Source: Sphaeroforma arctica JP610 (taxonomy: Eukaryota). From it: DNA of 45,831 nucleotides. The position numbers were made by a program, and so were the translations under genes. The stretch covers positions 35,643-81,473 of the forward strand of contig NW_014040382.1 in NCBI RefSeq assembly GCF_001186125.1, in the 5' to 3' direction. Positions 1 to 11,315 of the stretch are shown here, one piece after another. Each line of letters starts with the position of its first letter. The first letter of the stretch is position 1. The notes under the pieces are model-generated. The model was not told where the DNA came from. It made no database searches and was given only the letters and a program-made list of their open reading frames with translations.

Positions 1-36
<36 letters not shown>

Positions 37-40
37 ATAT
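1..40. repeat. (AT)n/(GT)n microsatellite
   Basis: Direct reading of the sequence. Confidence 0.95.
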
Positions 41-247
41 ACATGCGTTTATTTTATTATTCTTTGTTCTAAATTTACATAGTTTCATCGATAGGTTCAT
101 TGATGTCGTATGTTGCACTTTGATGTAGAGCATCATTTCTGACGACAGAAACGATTGTACCTTGATTGATCAAACCTATCACTGCCACTTTTATTTTTTT
201 GTCATTGTCGTCGTAACATAGAGCATTATACACGCTGCATCTCCAAT

Positions 248-586
248 CTATAGATGCTCATTTATATCCGTAAAGGAGTCCACAGATCCTATGCACCCCA
301 CACGAGTATACCAGTCGAAGCAATCAGCTACATGGTATCGCCGATTACCTTTATAGACATCTACAGCAACGTAGTAGTCTTTGGGCAGACTGACTATGTT
401 TTCATCCGTACATAATAGTCCGACAGATTGACTCATAAATGTATCCATTAGACTCGGATCGTAATTCCTGTCAATAGGGGGATATCGCAATATAGCCTGC
501 CATACCTTTGGACGATTGTTGAGAATATTGAGCATTTCTGGCGTATATGGTCTCCGCTTTGGAAAAAGATTACGTTTACTGGCCAT
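248..586 (-). CDS. Hypothetical protein, possibly frameshifted and continuing to a stop at 75-77
   Basis: 112-aa ATG ORF with globular-looking composition; an alternative frame continues ASIDWRCSVYNALCYDDNDKKIKVAVIGLINQG...DETM*; no recognisable motif. Confidence 0.3.
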   Translation of the reverse strand: MASKRNLFPKRRPYTPEMLNILNNRPKVWQAILRYPPIDRNYDPSLMDTFMSQSVGLLCTDENIVSLPKDYYVAVDVYKGNRRYHVADCFDWYTRVGCIGSVDSFTDINEHL

Positions 587-1420
587 GTTATTTACTTGTC
601 CTACTTGTTCGTTGTGGATAGTTGTTGATCTATACCGAGAAAAGCTTTTAAAGTTGTGGTCTGTTATAGCTGTAGGCCTGTATACTGTAGGATGTAAATA
701 TACGAATATATGAATATATACATTTTCTCCATTTGATTGGGCGCCAAATAATAAATGTTTAAGAAATATGAAAGCTATCTTACTTAAAATATGTCGACCA
801 TTATTAAGAAATCAAATTGAAACCGAAAACTGGCTTAATTAAGAAAAAATAAGTATGCATTAGGAATTTATTATTAAGAACCACCGCTTTGACAAGAATA
901 CTATCTTATTCTTAATTAATAATCACGCTAGGAAAAAAATGGGATTAAGTTTTGGATTCTGCCAATTTGGGGTTAAGTATTAATAGAAATTGGGTTCACA
1001 TTCTTAATTATTATAAATATTTATGTGCTTTTACAAAATGCAATAAGAAAACATACAGATCGATACATAAAAGTGACATGGTAGCTCTGGTCACAGCCAG
1101 TCAGCCACAGCCCAGATTCTAACCTTATAGCGTTAAGCATGTTTGATTTATACGTTTAACTTTTAACTTTTAACGTGTTTTTTGCAACATTTTTATGTAT
1201 AGAATTGAGCCCAATTTTTTTTCCGCTAAAAGTGCCTATATAGTGCAGTGCACCTTATGTAACAAATCTGGCTACGAAACGCAGTATAGCCAATGAAATG
1301 CTCTCAAAAAGTGATAGCCGTTGTACGATTTTATAATTGAGAGTGATTTCAGAGTTGAAAATAGTGGCAAAACATCTCACAATTTGCGTTCAAAGGCTAG
1401 CCGTCAGCGGTTAGACGCTA

Positions 1421-2200
1421 TGTAAAAGTCGGTCTCCTCTAGGCTGACTATACGATACCAAGACGTTTACGTTAATAAGACAAAACGTTACAACGTTAAA
1501 ATGCAAAATGTTAAAAATAAGTTTAGCTTCAGCCCTTGGTAGTGAGCAAAAGATTAGGGGATTTTAGACTGAGACTATTGTCTATATGCTCCGCTCTAAT
1601 CACTCACTACTTCGGTCTAGATTTAAGTATGTTTTAGTTACTAAGACTAGATATCATTTTATTGGACGCATATTTTACATTTCACGCCTCGAAACAATTA
1701 TCTACTCAAAATAACCAATAAAATATCTCTAAGTCTAACTTAAGAAAATAAAAAATAAAATCAAAACACCAAGCTGGTGCAGTATATATCTGCACCTAAC
1801 CCCCATCACTTGGTACCTAGCTCCCCGTCCCATTTAAGGCATAGACGGGCACATCTAGTTGANNNNNNNNNNNNNNNNNNNNTGGTACTCCTGTTAATTA
1901 GAGACTTCCCCAAGTGTCTATTTTCAGGTGTCAGATTTGTATCATTCCAGTATTAAGTACAATTTTAATTTCAATGGAAAAAAAACAATCTATATTTGAA
2001 AAACCACCTAATTGTCCACAGTAGAGTCCCATACTCTACTGAGTACTATCACATGTTCAGAATCTTGAATATCTCAATTCTTGTTCATGTCCAATACGTT
2101 AAACGTATTCCAGTATTATAAGTATAACCGTTAATACGTTAATACGTTTAAAATATACGTTAACTGTGCAACTACTATTAGGAACCCGCTATTTTTTGAG
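1421..2200 (-). mobile_element. Diverged LTR of Gypsy family C (solo or orphan), interrupted by an assembly gap
   Basis: Colinear similarity to 18939-19810 (e.g. AAGTTTAGCTTCAGCCCTTGGTA...CCGCTCTAATCACTCA...TTCGGTCTAGATTTA and AGGAACCCGCT); TGTAAAAGTC terminus at 1421; the right end is degenerate. Confidence 0.8.
1863..1882. other. Assembly gap (20 N)
   Basis: N run. Confidence 1.
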
Positions 2201-3699
2201 AGAAGTCAGAAAGTGCATATTATTATTATTTTTGTGCTGTGTGCACAATACTTTATAATATTATGTATGAAATATACTACAGCTAATATGGTCTATAGGG
2301 ATAATTCCTATAGGGATAATATTATTTATTTCAAAAATGATAAGTTATAATGTATGCATGTTACAATGTATGAACATATGGTATGGCCTCTCATAGCTGT
2401 TGTAGTGGTTCGGGAAAGATTGATGGGAAGAGGTGGTCAGGAAATTCCCGTTTGAAGCTTGGGTCAAGTGAATCGACGATGGAGGATATGCGCTGAGTTA
2501 ATTCGGGCTGGTACTGACAAAACACTGATACCATCGAATGTGTCATGTATTCGCTTGCTGACCTACTAAGTAGCGTACCCCCCTCTGTGGTACGGGTCGA
2601 GTCTGCGCCGTGTAGTGCCGTGAAATGGGTTAGTGCAGAATACGAAATACCGTGTAGGACCAGGCCATTCGTCATAGGAGCGAGGATGGGGATGAGCCAA
2701 TGCCACACAAGACCACGGATGCATTCGGTATGTGCTGGCTGGCCTGGATCGGAAGTATCATAGACGGGACCAACAAACGCGATGATTTGGTTTGAACCGA
2801 AATTTGGAAGTAGTGCTTCAACAGCGTGATTAGCCGGGGTATGGGAAACATCTGTTGATGTGTCAGAGACGGGTGAGGGTCCGGTGGTTCTTCTACATGC
2901 TGGATAAAAGATCCAAGGTGTTCGTGGAGGGTCCAGATACCGCGGAAGTCGTGGCACTCCTGTAATTGCTGGAGGAGGTCAGGGCCAATGGGCGGCAGTT
3001 TCGGGCCTACCAGGATGCGTCGAATCAGTTGTTGGATGCAGGTAAAGTGGCTGGTGGTGAACTTGTGGCTAGGGTTGGTGTAGGATCGAGGCAGCGGTTG
3101 AAGCAGTCGTATCTGGCTGTGTCTCGGTTTGAGGTTGGCGGTCTACCCATAACCAGTTGGTAGTAGTATTGGCGCCGGGCCATTGCCGCGATCTCCTTGT
3201 TGGACCAGCGTTTTGTTGAGTTCTTCCTGATATCGTCACAGCGTTGGCGGATGGCTACATGGCCGGGTGTACGCCCGCCCGTGGTTTTGTGTACAGTTTT
3301 CAGGTGAGCATAGATACTGTACGGGAAGCGCAGTGATGGTTTGTCGTGGGCCCAGGCGGGTTGCGTCAGAGGGGTGAGTGGATTTGTGCTGGCTATTGAG
3401 TCGAGTTGTATTCCCAGGCAACCTCCGGGGTAGTCCGCGAATGGTCGCGCGGGGAGCAGGCCACAAAAGTGGAGTAAGTTTGTTTGATGTTTTGGAAACC
3501 GAGGGTATTTAGTGCCCGTGATGATGACTGCTGCTTGGATGAGTGCTGAGTTAAAGCGCTCGAACAGGGGGTCCGACGCATCCTTCCATACAGGGGAAGC
3601 CCAGGCAATAATGTTCAGACCATATGTAGCCGTGGATAGGATGAATGTTTTGAACATCACCAGTCGGTTGCGGGGGTGTCGCCAGCTGAAGCCATGGAA

Positions 3700-4800
3700 G
3701 CCATAAGCGCGGAAAGATGCGATACCCAGAGATAATGCTGCAACCAGGGATTCCATATGTCTGGCGAGGTTGATCCCTGGTATTCCGTGCGAGAGTGGGA
3801 ACCCCAGATATTTAGAGCGTTTCGGTTTGGCATGTGTGAGCGCCATCTTCAGGGGGAGGAAACGTGTGTTCCAAGGTGTGTCTGCAAGCGTCGGCGTGAT
3901 AAGCTCACGATTTATACGGAGGGTTGGCGCCTCGTGTCGCAAGTCGGTAGATCGTACTCGGGGTTTAATAACACCCTGTTCGAGGCCAGATTTGCGTCCC
4001 CATGCATCAATGTCATCTAAAAAGAGCTGGATCGGAACCGATTGAGGGGCTTGGATCCGTGTGTCATCGACAAATAAATAAGAGCGGTGGAGCTTGGGCC
4101 GAAATTGTGCTAGCGTGACAGCTAATGAATTCATTGTGTAGAAAATAGAGTGCTGGGGGCCGACGATTGAGCCTTGTAGGATGCCATTCGTTCTATGGAA
4201 TAGAGGCGAGAGCGTGTCGCGGTATGTCACTCGGGTAGGGACCCTCTCAAATAGCGCGCGGGGGCAGTTGATCCAGTTTTTGGGCATTCCAGCCTGACGC
4301 AGGAGTACCCATACGCGTGGGAGAGCGACCTTGTCTTATGCCTTGGTAATGTCCAGACAGACGTCGTGCCACTCCTCTTCTGACTGTGTCTCAGATTCCA
4401 TGGCGACAAGTGCTGGGATATGACAGGAGTACCGTGATTTAAAGCCAGCTTGGGTAGCATGGGTAGCAGAGCCGGGGTGGTTCGTAATCAGATTAAGAAA
4501 GCACTTTTCAAAGATGCGTCTGACTATTTGCGTAAGCGTGATGGGGCGAAAGTCGGCGGAGGAGGTGATATCTGCGTCGGCTTTCCTTGGGTGTGCTGTC
4601 AGGAGGATGCAGTTCAGGGCTGCAGGGAAGGTACCCCTCTTCAATAGCTCAGTGAATGCTTCGGCAAGGAGTCTAATCAGTGGGCTATTGGCGTCGGGGC
4701 GTCCTAATGTCCGGCTTTTGGTGGAGCGCTCCACTGCTGCCTTCAGGAGGAGGATGTGGATCCCATCGGGGCCAGGTCTCTTATTTGGATAGCGTAGTAT
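3700..4800 (-). pseudogene. Non-LTR reverse transcriptase domain
   Basis: KRPGPDGI, DFRPITL..IVRRIFEK, QAGF, CLDITKA*D, GILQGSIVGP, LFVDD, KYLG; in-frame stop at 4336. Confidence 0.93.
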
Positions 4801-5374
4801 AGCCTCCATTACATCGTCGGGGCGTATGGTGGAAGTGACATCGGGAGAGGGTTCGGTATCCGGTGGAACCACGTAATAGTTTGTAGAGTTAATAGGTCCT
4901 CAAAGTAGCCAGCGAGGGTGGCGACTGTGTCATCGGTACCCGGTATGCAGGGTTGGTGCGGAGACCGTCGTTGGTGCGCAATATCTTTGAGCATTTGAGC
5001 ATTGCTTTGGGCGGTCAGACGTGGACGGAACGAGTGGTTTGGCAGCCGCTGAACCCAGGGCCTGTTTAAGTCACAATATAACCCCCCGAAGATATGTGGG
5101 TTAGCGGCATAGCGCCAGATGCGGTCGAGTATTCGTGGCAGCCCTTCCGCTGGTCCGTGCAAAGTGAGATACGACCGTAGTAGGTTCTGATGCGCCCGGA
5201 TTTCGGCTTGGAATAGTCGCGCGCGGGATTTATTGCGTAGGTGATACAGTCGATGGCGATATCGGTTATATCCATGGGAGGGGAGGCGTTGGTCTAGAGG
5301 CGGCGGCATTGTTGGCATTTGTTGGGGCCGATGGATTTGATTCGTGGGAAGTATCTGGAGATCGAGTCCAAAGG

Positions 5375-6017
5375 TGTGGTCACCACCGATACCGTAGTCC
5401 GTCAGCTTATAAGTCTGGAGGGAGGCGGGGGTGGTAGGCCGATGTTATGCATGTTCTGTTCTAGTTGAATCGCCAGCATAGAGGTAGTCCAAGTGCCACG
5501 AATTACGCAGAGTAGTCTCAATCGTTTTCATACGTATTCCATGATCTGTAGATGAGTGGCCATACTTCCGGGCTTTGAAGTTGAAATCTCCCCACACGAC
5601 ATCTGGTTGGAGATCGCCAATCTCAGGGGAATTTATGTATCGCCCGACGTCTTCTTCAGTAAGTGCTTTGCGTGGAAGGTAGAACACGGCCATATGAACG
5701 CCAAAGCAAAGAAAGAACACCGCGTACAGTGAAGAGTGTACAAGTTGAAAATTCGATGGATGGTGTTTGGAAAGGATACCAACACCACAGTGTGAAGGGT
5801 GTAAAATATTATGCCGTGTAGTGTGATGTAGAATATGGTAGTGTGTGTTCGAGCGTATATGATTAAGAAATGTGGTGTTATGCCAGGTTTCAACCACACT
5901 CATAACATCAACCTGACTTAAAATTGATGTAACGTTCAAACACTTATATGTATGTGCTGCGTTGTCCATGTTCAGTCCTTGTGGGTTGAAGAGCGTCATC
6001 CTCATGGGTCCTAACAT
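5375..6017 (-). pseudogene. Apurinic/apyrimidinic-type (EEP) endonuclease domain of the LINE
   Basis: MTLFNPQGLN, DVMSVVETW, GVGILSK, AVFYLP, VWGDFN, HLDYL, then GGDH after an in-frame stop at 5445. Confidence 0.88.
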
Positions 6018-6022
6018 TGCTC

Positions 6023-6846
6023 GTTCACATTGCTCGACTACCGCACCGATGGCTGTCTCTGCCCTTTCTGTCCGGGTAGCCACAAGTTCACCACCAGCCA
6101 CTTTACCTGCATCCAACAACTGATTCGACGCATCCTGGTAGGCCCGAAACTGCCGCCCATTGGCCCTGACCTCCTCCAGCAATTACAGGAGTGCCACGAC
6201 TTCCGCGGTATCTGGACCCTCCACGAACACCTTGGATCTTTTATCCAGCATGTAGAAGAACCACCGGACCCTCACCCGTCTCTGACACATCAACAGATGT
6301 TTCCCATACCCCGGCTAATCACGCTGTTGAAGCACTACTTCCAAATTTCGGTTCAAACCAAATCATCGCGTTTGTTGGTCCCGCCTATGATACTTCCGAT
6401 TCAGGCCAGCCAGCACATACTGAATGCATCCGTGGTCTTGTGTGGCATTGGCTCACCCCCATCCTCGCTCCTCGACCGAATTATGACGGATAAATTGGTC
6501 CTACACAGTATTTCGTACTCTGCACTAACCCATTCCGCGGCACTACACGGCGCAGACTCGACCCGTACCACAGAGGTGGGTACGCTACTTAGTAGGTCAG
6601 CAAGTAAATACATGGCACATTCGATGGTATCAGTTGTTTGTCAGCACCGGCCATAAATAGGTCAGCGCATATCCTCCATCGTCGACTCACTTGGCCCAAG
6701 CTTCAAACGGGAATTTCCTGACCACCTCTTCCCATCAATCTTTCCCGAACCACTACAACAGCTATGAGAGGCCATACCATATGTTCATACATTGTAACAT
6801 ACATACATTATAGCTTATCTTTTTTCTTGAAAGAAATATTATTATC
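6023..6846 (+). mobile_element. 5'-truncated 3' portion of the same LINE, inverted relative to 2315-6017
   Basis: 6077-6846 is the near-identical reverse complement of 2315-3071; retains the CLCPFCPGSHKFTTSHFTC zinc-knuckle-like motif. Confidence 0.92.
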
Positions 6847-6927
6847 ACTTTGGTGGTACACATATACAATATGGTGGTGATCGCACGTATTCATACAACT
6901 AGAAATGACACTCATAATCGAGGCTAG

Positions 6928-7041
6928 TTTTCACTTCCCCATTTATATTTTTCACTTCCCCATATTTATTTTTCACTTCCCCATATTTATTTTTCAATCT
7001 TCCCCATATTTATTTTCCACTTTCCCATATTTATTTTTCAC
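6928..7041. repeat. ~22-bp minisatellite, ~5 copies
   Basis: Repeated TTTCACTTCCCCATATTTATTT. Confidence 0.9.
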
Positions 7042-7432
7042 GACGGACCTTTGACCCACATTTCCGTCTCCGAAACGTAAATATTGGTGACCTGCAGGTC
7101 ACCAGTGCATAACTGACTACCCAATTTCAAAAGACCCCACCATTAAGTCACATACTAGACCTGGAATGTAGATTTTATTTTTGTTATAAATAAAAAAATC
7201 CAGTTGAGACACACAGCCACAAATGTTGGGCCAGGCCAAACCCCCAACTAAGACGTTCGTCACCAAAGACTCTTTGCCCAATGACCAATGAAATTGAACT
7301 TACAAAATTCTATCACAGACCTCTCTGCCCAGGTCAATACTCTACAGGCCAATCTCGACCAAGAGGACCGCCTCTACCAAACCCGAACAATGATGGACCC
7401 ATTTCCAAGAAGCCTCTAGCTGACGATACCCG

Positions 7433-7906
7433 ATGCCGGAGAAAACTCTCCACGAAATGGATGACGTAACTCCGGTATGGCTCTTCTTTCGGGCAATTTT
7501 TCCTAACGGCAAGCCTCCATCCCAATCAGAATTTGAAAATTACTGGCACGCCCAACCGCTCCTCAATCGCCATCACTTCCTTTAATATCTCCCGTCCAAA
7601 CCGATTTCTCAACTAAATCGCCACAGGAGTTCCACCAGTTTCGTCCGCCTTTGTGTTCCTAGTGACGCTGTTGCCCAGGTGAAACGACATGCAACACTTA
7701 CGTGGAAATGGCAGTTTGATAAAACTATGGACCCACGCTCCAAAAATTATCCCGACTCTACGAAAGCAGCTTTAATCCACCGTCTTCGTACCAAGCGGGA
7801 GGCTCGCTGCACACATGAACGAGCGCCAAAAGTTCTTGTCCGCAGCATGGATGCTCTATTAAACCCCCTTGTCAACTCCACTTGTAACTTATCTCTTTTG
7901 AAATAA
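7433..7906 (+). pseudogene. Unknown degenerate ORF
   Basis: A single frame MPEKTLHEMDDVTPVWLFFRAIF...HHFL*YLPSK...VKRHATLTWKWQFDK...LSLLK* with only one internal stop (7583); GC-richer than its flanks. Confidence 0.35.
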
Positions 7907-8744
7907 ATAATTTTATCCCTAAGAGTACATGAATTAACAACACTATAGGACAGTTTGAATATTAGTTAATTTTAGGCCGTTGCTAGTGATAACAATAGGT
8001 CAGTGTAAATAGATAGCTCACAGTGCGCATATACAGATAAATAAGTATAAATAGATAACTCATAGTGAATTTGTACTTCAAAAAAGAAAAAGAAAACAAA
8101 GATGTGTATATAAGTAGTTATGGATCTGAATACAAACAAGTTTAGAATGTAACTTTTGATGGCCAACGTGTAAATACTATGGTGTAGAAAAGTCAAATAA
8201 AGACAAGTTATCCTTATATATTGTGTTAAAAGTATGGTTTTAATAGTATGGTTTATATGAATAGTGTTCACAGACCAAGTATTTATAAAATGTTTTGCAA
8301 TTGAATGTGTGCATGCATCGTTCTTAAACATACTTGCAAATTCTTATATATTTATTAGTGTTACGAAGAACAAAACTATCATCACAGCTCAGAAATATTC
8401 GGTACGGCAGACACTAACAAAAAGTCCTTAGAACAAATTTGGGAAATATCACAATTTTTATATATTTGTGTCACTTGACGCGACGGCACCTCGACTGGCG
8501 GCGGGGTAGAGACTGGCGGTGACGTGTAAGGTTTGTTCATGACGACATTACCTATGTGTAGGTTGACTGCAGTTATTACACTTTGAAATATTGTCTGTCA
8601 ATTACAGGCCTTCCAATCTTCCGAAAGAGGAGTACGGATACTCTCAGTATTGCTTACACAATGTGCTAGCATATACGACGTGCGATCATCTGAGTGACAA
8701 TGATTAATTATGCTGCAGGCGGCACGGCTGGTTGCATGGTTCAC

Positions 8745-8761
8745 TACACACACACATATAT

Positions 8762-8805
<44 letters not shown>
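8745..8805. repeat. (CA)n/(TA)n microsatellite
   Basis: Direct reading. Confidence 0.95.
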
Positions 8806-8810
<5 letters not shown>

Positions 8811-10350
8811 GAGGTGGCGCATACGTATAAATGGCTTGACTGGTGTCGTAGACAACTGCTTATGATTTGTTCGCGAACACAGCCTCTACACTACTAACAA
8901 TACAGCTAGTCATTTATGTTGTCGACGGAGCTGCTGTATATCTTTCGCGTAGATAAAAGATATATATTATACGTATTTTATATTTACAAAATATGGCACA
9001 CAAACATAGTACGAATATTTTTAAGGATATGTCCTTGTTTGGTGCGGATTTTTTTTTCCAGAAAATGTCAAACACTCGCAAAGGGGTGATTTGTGAGTAC
9101 TGGTACATGCCTGGGTAGAGAGACCACTGTCGATCAACTCTGGTATACTATGACCAGGAGACATGTGGGTAGGACAAGATGTAGGTACCGCACTGGGTGA
9201 CATAGTTTCAAGTATATGTGCGGAGAAAAGTTACTTACAGTAGACAGAATAGACAAGGTATGACACACATGACGGGGAAACGTTATTGTGCAGCGAATAA
9301 TTCTGCTATGGACACAAGTGTTCAACAAGGGTGTTTTTTTTTACCCAGAGGATTTTACGTACACAGAGCTCTTTACTTGGTGCTCACGCCAATACAAGAG
9401 TACAAATACATTTTAGGTGTCGGATTGGTGACACAGACGATAAGATATCCAGTAGCCACGGCTAGTGTTCCTATGCTGAGAAGACACTATGAGGAGGTTG
9501 TGTCACTGGGGACATCAATCAGTTACAATCGAAATCTTTACTGTGCGCTGACGAATATAACGCAAACAATCATGAGGCAGTGTGAAGGTGACCAGGACGT
9601 TTTCATAAGATGCTACAGCTAAAGTTGGACGACAACGTGATGTGGCTTGACGATGGGTCGACAATTGACTGCCGAGCGGTGGCGTTACCGGGGGAGGATT
9701 TGCTATGGCTTGATGAGGAATCACTGTTTTGCTAAGGGACTTTGGTGCTGCTGCGGAAGAAACTGCTGTGGATCGTTTCTTTGCTAATGGGATTGGGTGC
9801 TGCCGCGGGAGAAACTGCTGTGGCCGGAAGAAGGAGTGATACTGGGATACTACGCTGGGGAGTTACCGCTAGAGAAGTTGTCGAGACTGGAAGCGGAGTG
9901 CAACGGCGAGATGGCGTTGCGCATCGCCAAGGAACGGCGGGGCGACAATCACAAATGGAAATAGATGCTATTGTTGGTGGCGCAAGCGAACTACTAGTTG
10001 ATTACGTCTTCAGGAATACACGGGATACAGTCGATTGCAAGACCAGAGAATTTAAGGTAAGAGCTGTATACCAAGGCGGCGACATTACGCAATCGCGTGT
10101 TTAAGTTCACATACAAGAGTATTGTGTATGTAAATAGAATCGACAGCACAGAAAGTTGCGGGTGTGGATTACAGGTATGCGCGTGTCAAGAACAGATGTT
10201 TAAATAGACTCTATATTATCAAGTGTATAGGATATTTACATATACACACACTCGGTACATTCTCAATAAAACAGGGCAACACATACAATTATTATTATGT
10301 TATTAAATAGACTACATTTATTTTGATTAAGTTGTTATAACAGAGACACG

Positions 10351-10555
10351 ACATACATAAAACATACACACTATCTGACTCACCGCTGGTAGACATATAC
10401 AGAACATCAATCATGCAAAGGCATAGCTTATCGTAGCAGAACACTACGCGGTAATACAACATACATAAAGCATACACACTATCTGACTCACCGCTGGTAG
10501 ACATATACAGGACATTAATCATGCAAAGGCATGGCTTATCGTAGAAAAACACACG
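10351..10555. repeat. ~108-bp tandem duplication
   Basis: CATACACACTATCTGACTCACCGCTGGTAGACATATACAG...ATCATGCAAAGGCAT occurs twice. Confidence 0.9.
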
Positions 10556-10794
10556 TGATAATGCAAATAATATTAACATATACACAAGTATATGGTGCTG
10601 TGCGTCACACATAATACAAACGATTGAAAATGATCAAACATTACAAGACCGGCACTATTGCCCAGCGCGGAAGGTCAAGAGAAACCCGTCCATGAGTGGT
10701 GATTCCAGTGTAGAAGGTTCAGGAAACTCTACCCAAGAGTGGATCGTGGGGTCTAGTTGCACGAGTGCTGGTTGTGTGTGGCAAGTATATCTAT

Positions 10795-11100
10795 ATGCTT
10801 AGAGTACAGGCGAGCACCCTGGTGACTCTAACTCAGTGGCGAGCAACCCTGAGTACACGGCGCATTGAACTTTGCGTAGGCACTTTGAAGTCAGTGAGCA
10901 ACCACAGCCTCACTAGCGTGTTGCATGGCACTACCACAGTCGACAAAATAGAACGAATGTTTATTTAGATGCTGCGAGTACAGGCGAGCACCCTGTTGAC
11001 TCTTACTCCGAGGTGACCATCCGTGAGGACACGCCGCATTGAACTTTGCGCGAAAACTTGAGAGTCGGTAGGAATCCGCAGCCTCAAGCGTGTTGCATAG
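10795..11100. repeat. ~174-bp diverged tandem duplication
   Basis: GAGTACAGGCGAGCACCCTG...CGCATTGAACTTTGCG...GCGTGTTGCAT in units starting near 10795 and 10969. Confidence 0.85.
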
Positions 11101-11160
11101 TCGCTGTGAGTGGTGTTGAGTTGGATAACATTAGTACGTACCAAACGAGACCATAGGTAG

Positions 11161-11315
11161 CATTATTACATAGAACACGGAACGTGTACAACATTATTAC
11201 GCAGCAGGCGGAACATGTGCAACATTGTTACGCTGGCGGCGGTACGGTTGAGACATTATTACGTAAAAGACGGAACATGCGTAACTCTATTGGCGTGGCA
11301 GGCGGCACATGTATG
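11161..11315. repeat. Degenerate 31-bp minisatellite, 5 units
   Basis: CATTATTAC...CGGAACATG units at 11161, 11192, 11223, 11254 and 11285. Confidence 0.75.

Larger units (their letters stand above)
2315..6017 (-). mobile_element. Near full-length non-LTR retrotransposon (APE-RT-C-terminal domain, apparently one ORF), degenerate
   Basis: APE motifs then RT motifs across ORFs 5445-6182, 4809-5318, 4336-4872, 3025-4287 and 2391-2957; ORF end at 2391; short AT-rich 3' tail with no polyA. Confidence 0.92.

Noticed and set aside
2315..6846. DNA transposon with long TIRs
   Set aside because: The inverted arms are LINE coding and 3' sequence, the interior encodes APE-RT rather than a transposase, and there is no TSD.
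11161..11315. CRISPR-like 31-bp periodicity
   Set aside because: Whole units are degenerate copies of each other, as in a minisatellite, with no repeat-spacer alternation.
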